Part shown: positions 52,862 to 63,982 of the stretch, piece by piece
Numbering within the stretch: the first letter of the stretch is position 1
How the letters are laid out: each line of letters starts with the position of its first letter
Source: Lama guanicoe
Lineage: Eukaryota
DNA length: 64,000 nt
Direction: 5' to 3'
Assembly: GCA_013239625.1 (NCBI GenBank)
Contig: MU053557.1
Coordinates: 441,063 to 505,062, forward strand
Notes under the pieces: generated by a model
Seen by the model: the letters and a program-made list of their open reading frames with translations, nothing else
Database searches by the model: none
Told to the model about the DNA's origin: nothing
Program-made: the position numbers and the translations under genes

Positions 52862-55399
52862 TTTGACCTAATTTATAAAATGGAGTCATTGTAAGGCTTA
52901 AGTGTGAATGTAAGTAACAAATAAGTAAAAGTCAGTTGATATCATTAAGTAAAACTGAATGTATGTTAACATAAGTGAAACTGAACAGTGCCTGGCACAT
53001 AGCGGGTATTAAAGAAGTATTTGTTCTCATTAATGTTATAATATTACTTCTTCAGGGTCAAAAGAATCTCTCTGCTCCTCTTCGATCTCATCACAGTTGC
53101 TCTGGGCTAGACTTTCCTCTCTTGTGATTTTGATGACAATAAAGGTCTTGCCTGATTTTTTCCTCCCTCCCTCCCTTTTTTTTCCCCCTTCTGTAAATAT
53201 TGGAGTGCTCATTGTATACCAAGCACTGTTCTAGGGGTCAATTTAGGCAAGTTATTGAACTGAGCCTCAGTTTACTCATTTGTGAAACAGGGACACTGGA
53301 AATCTACTAGCAGTGGTGGAACTGAATGAGAAAAGGCTCATAAAGCACTCAGCTCTTGTGTAGTAAGCACTCTCTATAACCGTTCCCTTTTGTGCTTTCT
53401 CCGGGAATCATTTTCTGGCGCATAGACAGCAGAGACACTCGGAGGATAATGATTTACTGCTCCCGGGCTCCATTTGACAGAGCGGTTATTCTTCGATTTA
53501 AAGGGCCAGTGACAGAGCTTCTCTAATAAGGACAACCTTGCTTTTCCCAATTAAAGTGCTGTGATCCCTGCATACATTACTGTAACTTGCATGCTGCAGC
53601 ACACATCTTATCAAACCGCGAACCAATGTCAAGTGCTATGCCATGAATTGCCATCGAGGAGGCACCTTGAGCAGGTTAGTGGTCTCCTTTATGTCAAAGG
53701 TCCACACTCAGCTCTCAGGGTAATGAGAACGTGGCCATGATGACAGCTTGCATGCTGCAAGCAAGCCCCGGCAGCAGGGATGAACACGAGAAGAAAGCAG
53801 AATTTGAACCCTGTTATATAAATGGTTCTTTTGGTTTCCTGAATCTTTGTGGAAAAAAAAAAAGTTTTTTCATTCTGCCTCTTTCAGTGCAAGTTCAGGT
53901 TTGGAGTTTCCTGGGTTCCTTTTGAGGTCTGCCATGGCTTATGTGAATAAAACAGAAAAAGAGCAGAGTTTCTCCCAGATTCCAGCCAAAAGCAGACAGA
54001 ACTTAGCACAGCTCCTGGTGAATGTGATGTGTTGAGGTTTGGGATCAGATCTTATCCACGGTGAGAGGAGGGTGTGTGTGTGTGTGAACTCACACTGAAT
54101 CACTTCTATACTTTCATTTTATTTTTGCATTTTCCCCTCTCCAACTTTAGTTCATTTTTTACTCTTCACTTTGGAAAATGACTGTATAGGAATTATGCCC
54201 AGTCAAGAACTTTTTTTTTAATGTCAAATACAAGATAGTTGATGGAGTCTAAAACGCACTTTTTAAGCCATGACTTTTCACAATGATTTAAGACAGCCCA
54301 TATTTCTTTTGATTTATACAATCCCATGTAAATGCTGTCTATCATCACAGTTATTATGGTGTTTAAAGACGTGGGACATAAATATGTTTTAACCTGAGTT
54401 TCTTAATATTTGAGCTTCTACGGGTTTTTGATTCTTTCACATCATTAGGTGGCTTAGTTGAGAATGGAATGCCACTAACTGAATCAAAAAATAAACATGA
54501 ATACAAGTAGGAATGATTAGAAATCAGTAAGAAATTGTCTTGAAATTGTAATAATTTTTGAAATTTATATTCAATGTACTTACAGTATTTGCTCTAAGAA
54601 CTTATATTCAAGGAGAGTTGAAAGCAAAATAAAAATATTCACAATAACCATATTTTAAAATATTGTCCCTTTCTGCCCAAGCAGTAAAAGTGCTTCAGAA
54701 ACATTGTAGCTGAATCAATAAGAGGAAGACAGTGGGTCTGTTTAATGCCTGACTTGAAAGGGAGAAGGTTAACAGGTTAGTAACGGAGACCCAAAAACGT
54801 GAGTAGTGCAGGGCCAAGAGGATGAATTGCTATTCAGAGTCCTCACAGGGTACAGAAAAACAACCGCTTGTGTATTTTATTACATATTCACTAAACATTT
54901 TTATGCATCTGCTGTGTGCAAATCTCTGAGCTAAGTGCAGTGGAGGAAAAAAATCAGAATCTTGCATAGTCTGTGGTGTCGGGGAGATGAGGATTTCCAG
55001 AAGGGTGCTCACCATCAGACACAGCTGAGGGTGTGGGTGGGCTCCGTGAAAAGATCTCTGAGAGTGGTCTGAACATGAAATTGCCCACTGCCAGGATCCA
55101 CCTAGGACTACCGCATCATGACGCAAACTTGGTCCAGTAACCAAGTCCATGGAAGAGAGTCCTACCTGCCGAGTCTGGACCAGGGAGAGCAGACAGAGGC
55201 TCCTCTCAGGACACACCGTTCATTCTCCCAAGCCTTCAGTAACTCAAACATCCACTTAGAAATTCTCGTCGAGCATAGGGAGAAGCTGTGCGCACGTGCT
55301 GGGTGTTGAACCAAATCGGAGTTGTGCTAAGAGCTGAGAACAAAGAGGTAAACCAGAAATGGTCGCGGTGCTTACATTCTGGTGCAGCAAATGGACATT

Positions 55400-55930
55400 T
55401 AGCAAATCACATGCCTCAGTAATTGCACCTGTGATAAGAACTTCAAAGAAGAAATAGAGATTGCAAAGTGGTGGGCAGGGGGACACGGAATCTGGTCTGG
55501 GAGTCCATCTTGAGAACATTTAAAGGAAGCAAAAACGACCAAATTGAGGCCTGTAGGCGGCGCTAGCGAGGAGTAAGTTGAGGCGCAGGAAACTAGAGAG
55601 ACTAGGCTGTTGAGCGCCCTGAGTCGGGATGAGGGCGGAAAAGTTGGGCAGTGCGCCTGCGCGACGCGGAGGCATGGGGACCAGGCTCTGCAGCGGGAAG
55701 GCTTCGGGTGAGGAAGGGTCTGCGGGGTCACTTACAGGAGTCTGAACTTAATCCTTAGAGTAATAGGAACCCCCTGAGGGGTTTTAAGCAGGGAAATGAC
55801 CGGATAATATTTGCATTTGAAATGCTCTCATAGACTGCAGTGCAGGGAATAGACAGAGGGGCCTGGATCCGGGAGGTGGCGGAGTTGGAGGGAAGAGGCC
55901 GTGGGATACACACGTGGGAGAGATTTAAAA
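55400..55930 (-). mobile_element. L2 fragment hosting a CpG-rich block
   Basis: aggagtctgaacttaatcc...gaggggttttaagcagggaaatgaccggataatatttgcatttgaaa matches reverse L2. Confidence 0.7.
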
Positions 55931-56290
55931 AGCAAGGCTGGGGGCGGCACTGCGCGCTGTGTCCCCTTCCCTTCGCCCGCTTTTAGGACAGAATTCCTGT
56001 GCTGCTCTCAGGAAGCACTGGCTCTAAGAGGGGGGCAGGGGAGGAAGCCGTAGTGCGTGTGTCCATCCAGCAACAAGGGTACCCAAATCCCTGGACCAGT
56101 TCTGGGGAGGCGGAAGCTGGTGTTATCTTACCCAGGTTTCCACGTAGTGTGCGACCCAGCCGTTCAACTGACTTCCTCCCAGATACCCAAGCAGAGCAGA
56201 GAGGCAGGAATAAGTTCATGCATTACATCGTGCAGTTAACAGCCCATGATGTCCTCAGGTATGCGTGCGTTTTGATGGCGGTTTGATACA
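55540..56290. promoter_or_regulatory. CpG-enriched promoter/insulator-like motif cluster
   Basis: CTCF-like ggcctgtaggcggcgcta (55548-55565), NRF1-like tgcgcctgcgcg (55652-55663), GC boxes (gagggcgg, ggggcgg) and ETS-like gcggaag. CpG density is visibly above the rest of the window. Confidence 0.5.
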
Positions 56291-56383
56291 GACCACAGAA
56301 TTGATATACCCCATGGAATCTGAGAGTGTAATATAAACCCAGTGTGTTTTAAATACTCAGACTCGGCTGTCACAGGTAGAGGC

Positions 56384-56670
56384 AGAAAATATGCGTTTCT
56401 ACTTCAGGTATCAGATTGAAAAAAAAAAGTGGTCTTTTTCAGTTTAGCCTCCTGGAGGATGGCTGAGACTAAGTTTATTGTTTAAGTTCAGTTCCTAATT
56501 TGGTTTGGAAGTGAACTTACCACTTGAGAAAATATGCGTTTCTACTTCAGGTATCAGATTGAAAAAAAAAAAGTGGTCTTTTTCAGTTTAGCCTCCTGGA
56601 GGATGGCTGAGACTAAGTTTATTGTTTAAGTTCAGTTCCTAATTTGGTTTGGAAGTGAACTTACCACTTG
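56384..56670 (+). repeat. Two-copy direct tandem duplication (143/144 bp)
   Basis: 56384-56526 and 56527-56670 read identically except for A10 versus A11. Confidence 0.97.
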
Positions 56671-57769
56671 ATCAAACTCACCAGGGCGAGCAGCTCGGTT
56701 GGGGCTACACTGACACAAGCTCTCTAACGCACTTAAAGACTCCTGGGTTTTCTTCGTTTAAATGACTGAAGGCATGATTCAAAATGGTACCGCGTAGAAG
56801 GGAAAAGGCCCGGCAAGTGATTAACTGGCTGATTTGGTGACCTGGAAATGGGCCTTTGGATCAGGGAAATGCATCCCATATTCTGGACCTAAGAAGATTT
56901 TGGAATGTTTGGAGTACCTGGCGTAATAAAAGTAAAAGGCCCTGTGTACTGAATATAGACACTATGTTATGTCCTCCATAAGAACCAACTTATTCAATCT
57001 TGATATAAACTTTATACCATAAATGCTTTTCTTACACTCATTTTACCAATATAAAATGAGACCAAGAAAGAATAATTAATTAGCTTAAGATTATAGCCAA
57101 TAATTGGCAGGGTCAGGATGTGGCCTCAGATCTAAGTGCAGGGTCTGCATCTAAACCACTCCCTTTGCCCCGTGTATCTGTGAACGGAAAAACAGAATCC
57201 CACAAACGATTCCTCAGTATTACCACCAGAAATTCTCCTCATTAGGAAAGTGTAAAGTGGGATCAGTTACAGGTTGCAGCTAATATTACTATTTAATGTT
57301 TTCCTTTCTTATACCAGTGAATTTCTTAATGATTTTTTAATTTAAACATTCTTCTCTTTTGTAGTTTGTACATTTATCTCAGGTTAACTGAAAGATATCT
57401 AAATGCACTTGGCTTATAGTAGGATTAATATGTTCTTATAACCACTATTGTTTCCACATGATGACAAACAAAGAAGAAATGTGGAAATAACCTTAGCACA
57501 AACCAAAGCCTCTGACAACCACTAATGTGTATCATATTAGTAGAAGAAATAGGAAGAATTAAAGATTCTGGAGAAATATGTCAATTTAGAGGATGCTCTT
57601 AAGAGCTCAATTTTCCACTGAAGATTTCAACATATTATTATTTTACCCCAAATGTTTCTATTATGCCTGAAAAACAAAATGTGACAGAGTGAAAGGAAGA
57701 GGAAGCTGATTGACAAGTTTCCTGGAAACGAGTAGAAGTGGGCTGAGGAGAGAGGGGTCGGCATGTTGG

Positions 57770-58336
57770 GAAAGGCATAGACTTTGGAGGCAACTTAGAC
57801 CCCGGATCACATCTCAGCTCAGCCAATTCAGAACCTTGATCTTGGGCAAGTTTCCTACACTCCCGAAGCTTTAATTTTCTCATTTATAAAACTGGAAAAC
57901 TATACCTAGTAAGTAGGATTCATGTGAAGACTTAACGAGACAGCAATAATATTATTGCAGTTTGGTGACGTTATTATGTACCAGTTATTACTTAGTCATA
58001 AAATAAAATGAGAACTGTGAAGTACCATTAGCCCCATTGTACAGATGTGTGAACTGAGGCTCAGAGAGGCTATGCTATCTGTCCAAGGTCACAGAGCCAC
58101 TGAGGAAGGGAGGTGTGATTTACCTGCGCCTGTGTTACACATCAAGGGCAACTGCCCTTACCGGGTCACTACAGAGTGGAAGATGTGTTGGACTGAGAGA
58201 GTGGAGACTTGAGTCTTAGTCCCAGTTTGTCTCTGACCAGCTGTGGGACCCGGGACAAATCACTTGCCCTCCTCGGGCCTCAGTTTTGCCGATTTCAAAA
58301 TGAAGCGCCAACCCAGATGACTTCCAAAGTCACTTC
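57770..58336. mobile_element. Three MIR fragments (+, -, +)
   Basis: gatcttgggcaagtttcct...; cccattgtacagatgtgtgaactgaggctcagagagg; ctgtgggacccgggacaaatcacttgccctcctcgggcctcagtttt. Confidence 0.85.
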
Positions 58337-58359
58337 AAAATTAATAGGAAAAGCTTAAG

Positions 58360-59127
58360 ATGGGGAGAAGTTTCCCCACCAGAACAGAAAGAGCAACAGA
58401 AGTGCCAAAATTTCTGCTCAAAGAAATAATCCCAAGATTTGGGCTGCCAGAAAGCTTACAGAGCGATAATGGACCCTTATTCAGCGCCAAGGTGACTCAG
58501 CAGGTGTCCTCAGCTCTGGGTATTAACTACCGCCCCCACTCTTCCTGGAGGCCCCAATCCTCAGGCAAGGTAGAGGCAAATCACGTTCTAAAGAGAACAC
58601 TTGCTGAGCTGTGCCAGGAGACTTCAGAAACCTGGGTCCCCCTCCTGCCTATAGCCCTTCTAAGAATAAGAACGGCCTCTAAGGGAATTTTAAAACTCAG
58701 CCCATTCGAAATGATGTATGGGAGGCCCTTTTTAACGTCAGATTCCCTGTTTGATGAGAAAACTCACAGATTACTTTCCCACATTGTTAGTTTAAGTCAA
58801 GTTCAAAAGGCTCTCCAAGGATATGGAAATAAAGTGTTGCCCTTTCCCACAGAGGAAAAGGTTGAAGTCCCTGTCCGGTTAGGGGACTGTGTCTTACTGA
58901 AAACTTGGAAGGAGGGGTCCCCTGAAGACCAGCTGCAGCCAGAATGGAAGGGACCATACCAGGTCCTACTGAGCACCCCAACCGCCGTTAAGCTGTGAGG
59001 AATCGCTATCTGGCTACATCTGTCCAGAATAAAACCTGTAACTTATAAGCTCCAACAGGAACCAGGAGAGACCTACGCTTGTGAGGCAATACAAGACCTC
59101 AGGTACCTGTTTAAGAAAAACAAATGA
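58360..59127 (+). pseudogene. pol: Gammaretrovirus-like integrase fragment (pol C-terminus)
   Basis: EIIPRFGLPESLQSDNGP, RPQSSGKVE (35 residues between D and E), SPFEMMYGRP and WKGPYQVLLSTPTAVKL (GPY/F module). After the in-frame TGA at 58996-58998 the frame continues GIAIWLHLSRIKP...DLRYLFKKNK to a stop at 59125-59127. The N-terminal HHCC and first catalytic D are missing. Confidence 0.95.
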
Positions 59128-59747
59128 TATCATGTAGCGGTGATTAAAACAGTTCATAATTGCTTGAATATATCCAATTGAAGCTCCTAAAAAATATATA
59201 TTTCAATACACAGTAGAAAAGTAAAAAGTTTCATGCTTAATCAGTATTCTAAGTATTTAACAAATTCTAAAGGTTCTTAGTAGCTCCAGCTGCCTTTGAG
59301 ATGCCTGGAAGGAAACCTGGGGCGTCTTAGATATTAAGTTAACTAGGATTCTTTAATATGTTAAGTTAAATGTAATCAATCGTGACTTTAATAATTGTAA
59401 GGAGATCTCTGTCAATTGCAGGTATTTAACCATGTCTTTTAAGTCTTTTGTCGTTATAGAGAGTTAAACTGCTGTTCCAAAGGTGCTCCATCATCAAGAA
59501 GGTTATGAAAGCGGTTACAACAGTTTCACATCAAGGTAAGGCTCTGTGAGGATTCCAGCCTGTCCCGCACTGGGGCGCAGAAACAAAAGGCTATCCTGCC
59601 CCTGGGGCCCCTAGGTTAGGCATTCAGAGGTTTTTACTCCTGATAGGCAGGGTCAACGCCCCTACTCAGCCTGGAAGCAGTTTCAGAAGATGGACCTTCA
59701 CCCCTCTGCAACCTCGTAAGATTAAGGGAGTAAAATCTGAGGGGGAT

Positions 59748-60220
59748 TGAGACAGGAGGGAAGGGGGCAGGGCACAGCCACTCAAGGAATGACAGCAACC
59801 AGAATGGTGGAAGGTTCACCTCCTAGTTGGCCTTGAGGATTAAGAGGTTTGACTTCTAGCAGAACTTGAGCTTCATTATATGCTTATTGCAACAGCGTGA
59901 TCAAATAACATGCCCGCAGGTGCCATGACAGTCCCAAGGCTAACCGCAAAAAGCCAAAGAATGGGCGGTGGCCCAGTTCCTGGGAATCCCAGCCCCTTCC
60001 CCAGGGCAGTTGGAATGGTCCCACCTGTAGGCGTGTGAAGCTACTGAGCCCATAAAAAGTGGCACGCCTAGCGGCCCTTTTCGCTCCCTCCTCTTGGGAG
60101 ACGGCCCGCACTCTGTCTGTGGAGTGTGTACCTACTTTTACTTTACCCTGAGCACCCTTTCCTTGCTTTTCTCTTGCCTTACACTCTATGCAGTGTGTAT
60201 CTCTCTAAATAAATCTACTC
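59748..60220 (+). mobile_element. MER41-like 3' LTR, U3-R only
   Basis: Follows the polypurine tract gagggggat and starts with TG. Shares MER41 hallmarks cattatatgct, gccatgacagt, cagttcc.gggaat, ccataaaaa and ctctgtct.tggagt. Confidence 0.75.
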
Positions 60221-61485
60221 AAAAAAAAAAAACTAATAATAAATGTGAACTTGCTCTTTTCTTCTGTGAGAGGCTCCTCCTGCCACTGGTGGGAAGCTGG
60301 ATCCCTGCAGTGAACTGACAGTGGAAATGTTGACATGACGTGAGTCTCCTGGTTCTTCCCTCCCACCCAAGCACACCCTCAGTCACTGTCGGCGCCAGCG
60401 TCGGTGTGAGACTCTGTCTGAAGCACTTAGTCATGCGGACAGCCCGCTTCAAAAGCAAAGTGTATTTGCCTGAATTCAAATTTACCGGAAATGACATTCA
60501 TCCTCTTTCTCACATGATAAGAGTTATCACTTGCCTGTGACAGGCAGCAGTTGCACACAGAAGGGAATTTAAAAAGAGAATCAAAGTGGAAAGAAGAAAG
60601 GTAAAATAAGGAAGCTATTTTGTCTTATCTCTCAAATGAAGTTGAACTTTTAGAGGTGAGGTAACACAAGCTAATTTAAAATATTACTCTGATAGAACAG
60701 GGTGTGCAAGGAAAACCAAAAGCAGAATAAGAAGTTCTCGGGCATTCGGAATAACCAAGCTCTAAGCTGGGGAGACAAAAACCGTTCAACACTTTTAAAA
60801 GAAACGTTAAAAACAGTCTTTTATCACTGAAAAATCTTTTCTGTAACTCAAAATAATTTTACTTTGTCTGTTTTGACCAATTATTGCCCAAAATGATGAT
60901 TTTGATGATCAGCGTCTAATAGATGGAGGTTCACCGCTGACCCGGCTCTTTGCCCGGCTCTCGGACCTACAGTTCCTTCCATACAATGGTCCCTGTGCTT
61001 AATCATTATTTCTCAAGGACTAGTCTACCAAGAGGTCAGAATCCCAGCACAAGGGCTCATTTCATTCCCCATCTTTCCCAGCAGTGGCTTCTGGGTTGTG
61101 AAATTGTGCCATTTCAGCCCAGAGAGGTTCTACAAGCAGTCTACGAGCGGACTTTGATTCGGCCAGCCCACTTAATCGAGAGCATCTTAATAGTCGCTGA
61201 TGACCAGGGGCTTCGAAAGATTTGGTAATGGATGGGCTGATCATACCACGTGAAAGTTAGTTCAAATTGCCCTCGATAAGAGTCTACCACCAATTCAACT
61301 GACTGAGAGATGTTTAGCGGATCCTGGTGGGTGATCTAGTACTGATTCTGCCTATTTGCAAATGATTTGTAGAGTCCACATGCTGTTTAAAAAGCCTATA
61401 AGACACTGTATTGTAAGATGTCATCAATACTACTGCAATCAGAGAGTAAGATAAAACACGATTTGGAGATTCTAAAGAAGCTAAG

Positions 61486-61629
61486 AAATTGGGAGTTCGA
61501 GATTTGCAGGTACTAACTACTACACATAAAATAGATAGACAACAAGTTTACGCTGTACAGCACAGGGAACTACATTCAATATCTTGTAGTAAGCTATGAT
61601 GGAAAAGAACATGAAAACAAGCAAACAAA
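61486..61629 (+). mobile_element. Short L1 3' UTR insertion with 12-bp TSD
   Basis: gggagttcgagatttgcagg...ctgtacagcacagggaactacattcaatatcttgtag; TSD aaagaagctaag (61474-61485) / aaagaggctaag (61630-61641). Confidence 0.85.
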
Positions 61630-62021
61630 AAAGAGGCTAAGTTTCACCATAGAAAGAAAAGCTCATAAGCTTGTGGGTAAGAATCATGAACATAAATATT
61701 ACATTTGGAAAAGCTGAGATTCACTAGTTTTAATACTATTGTTTGGGGAATATGAGAAGGGTGAATTAAATATAGATGGTTGATGCTCCAGGCAACTGAG
61801 AAGGAAAAGAGGGGTCTTTTGGTGAGACCAGCAAGAGAAACATATTACTACAGCAAAGACCTTTTTCACACTTGTCTGCCTTTAACTGCTAGTCACAATC
61901 AAATGTGGCATTTGCAAATAAATGCCTTTACACTGGAGGTCTCTGTCCTCTTTGAGGATTACTTTTTGAAACATAATTGAGCTTGGAAAGTACTGCCTAG
62001 AAAGAATCCTAGATCCAATAC

Positions 62022-62051
62022 TGTGTGTGTGTGAGAGTGTGTGTGTGTGTG
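62022..62051. repeat. Interrupted (TG)n microsatellite
   Basis: tgtgtgtgtgtgagagtgtgtgtgtgtgtg. Confidence 0.9.
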
Positions 62052-62579
62052 GTCTAACAGAGTGGGTTCTAAACGTTAAGAGCGTATGTTAACATAGCGT
62101 TTCCTAACGCCTAGATCCAAAGTGAGATGAGCGATTAAAACAATTTCTCTTCCACTTGATCAACTAAGTTCAGTACAACCACGTGCAGTCAACAGAGTAG
62201 ACAAAATCTATCCTGAATCGCATACCAGTGCAGGGAGAACTTCATTATTTCAGATGAAAACAGTAATCATTTAGATTAAAAACTTTCCTTTACTGTGACG
62301 AAAGACTCATTTAAATGCAAATATTTTCCTAGTTATCTTGTAAGGTAGATTTAATTTCTTCTTTAAGAAGTAAATTTCTAATTCATATGTAGTTCTTTAC
62401 TCCCCAAGCATTTGTTTTAATCATGCACATCATCCATGATTATATCCACTAGGAGAAGTTAGCAGGAGAACCCAAACCATCGAGACCACAGGAGAAGGAG
62501 TGGAGTGTCCAGGGCCTTTCATAAATATTCATCGAGCACTCAGCTGTGCATGAGGCCCGCGTTCACGGTTAACACCGAT

Positions 62580-63160
62580 GTGAGGATGAGGTGGGTGATA
62601 ATGCTGCTGTACTCTGCATTAGTCAAATCACATCTTGAGAAATGTGTGCAGTTTTATGTTTCTTGCTTTATGTGTCTGACCTGGAGGCAAGAGATAAATG
62701 TTACCTGGGGGAAATGAAAGGAATCAGGGATGCTAAGCATCGAAAAGAGGCTTGGATTGAAATAAGGCAGTAACCTCAAACCTCATGAGGTCAAGGACCA
62801 CCTGTTTTATGCTCCCAGCTCCTTGCATCCTGGCATAAAATAAATATTCAGTAATTATCTGTGGAAAGGGTTTTTGAGGGGAAATCAGATTAAAGAGGGA
62901 TTATATATATTTAGTCCAGCTCAGAGAGGCAGAGGGAAGAGTCAGGACAGAATTGTTTAGCCACAAATTCTACCTTAATGTAAGGATGACCTTTCTGACA
63001 CTGGCTCATAAGAGTAGAGGCTGCTTATAAAGTGTCGAGTTTATTAGAAATAGAAATAAATGTTCAACTAAATGCTGGGTAGTTATTATAGAGGTCATTT
63101 CTGTTCTGATCTGGATGTAAGATTTAGGTTAAAAAGTGCCAACATTCTATAATAGTATCA
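62580..63160 (+). mobile_element. L3/CR1 LINE 3' relic
   Basis: ORF 62505-62717 contains VIMLLYSALVKSHLEKCVQF, resembling the CR1 ORF2 motif [20 protein letters not shown]. CR1-like 3' sequence follows. Confidence 0.8.
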
Positions 63161-63332
63161 TTTAGCTACTTGACAAGTTTTACCTCAATTATCTTGATGG
63201 TTTATGAGGAAATGTATCTACACATTTCTTTCAAATTTCCCTTACAATATATCTGTGAGAATCAACCCTGATCACATACATTAAGCATCGTGACTAGAAC
63301 ACTTGGTTTGTGTTTCAGCTGGTTCTCATTCT

Positions 63333-63982
63333 GTTTTTGTTTTTATTTTTCTTTTATTGAAGTGTAATCGATTTACAGTGTTAGTTTCAGATGCACAGCA
63401 AAGTGATTCAGTTATATGCATACATACGTATATACTTTCTCAGTTTTTTTTTCCAGTACAGCTCATTACAAGGTATTGAATATAGTTCCCTGTGCTATAC
63501 AGTAGGTCCTTGTTGTTTATCTATTTTATATATAGTAACATGTATCTATTAATCCCAAACTCCTACCCTACCCTTCCCCTGTCTCTTTCCCCTCTGGTAA
63601 GCACAGTTTGTTTTCTGTGTCTGTGAGTCTATTTCTGGTTTGTAAATAAAATTGGGGGGTTTTTTTAGATTCCAAATATAAACGACATCATATGATATTT
63701 GGCTTTGTCTGACTTACTTCACTTAATATGATAATCTGTAGGTCCACCCATGTTGCTGCAAATGGCATTATTTCATTCTTTTTATGGCTGAGTAGTATTC
63801 CATTGTGTGTATATACCACATCCTTTTTACCCATTCATCTGTCAATGGACATTGAGGTTGCTTCCATGTCTTGGCTATTGTAAACAGTGCTGCTGTAAAC
63901 ACTGGGGTGCATGTGTCTCTTTAAATTTGAGTTTTCTCCAGATAAACGCCCAGGAGTGGGATTGCCAGATCATATGGTAACC
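63333..63982 (-). mobile_element. LINE-1 3' end (poly(T), 3' UTR, ORF2 end)
   Basis: T-rich tail at 63333-63358; gaatatagttccctgtgctatacagtagg; ttttatggctgagtagtattccattgtg; cccaggagtgggattgc. Confidence 0.95.

Larger units (their letters stand above)
58347..60232 (+). mobile_element. Retroposed (processed) class I ERV transcript: pol-IN, spacer, PPT, U3-R, poly(A)
   Basis: No 5' LTR. The LTR ends 7 nt after AATAAA (60208-60213) in A12 (60221-60232). TSD aaaattaata (58337-58346) / aaaactaata (60229-60238). Confidence 0.8.

Noticed and set aside
56384..56670. CRISPR-like or functional repeat array
   Set aside because: Only two contiguous long copies with no spacers, in mammalian DNA.
58360..58998. 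Intact domesticated integrase gene
   Set aside because: Lacks HHCC and the first catalytic Asp, has an in-frame stop before the natural end, and its ATG appears to arise from a frameshift; treated as a pseudogene.
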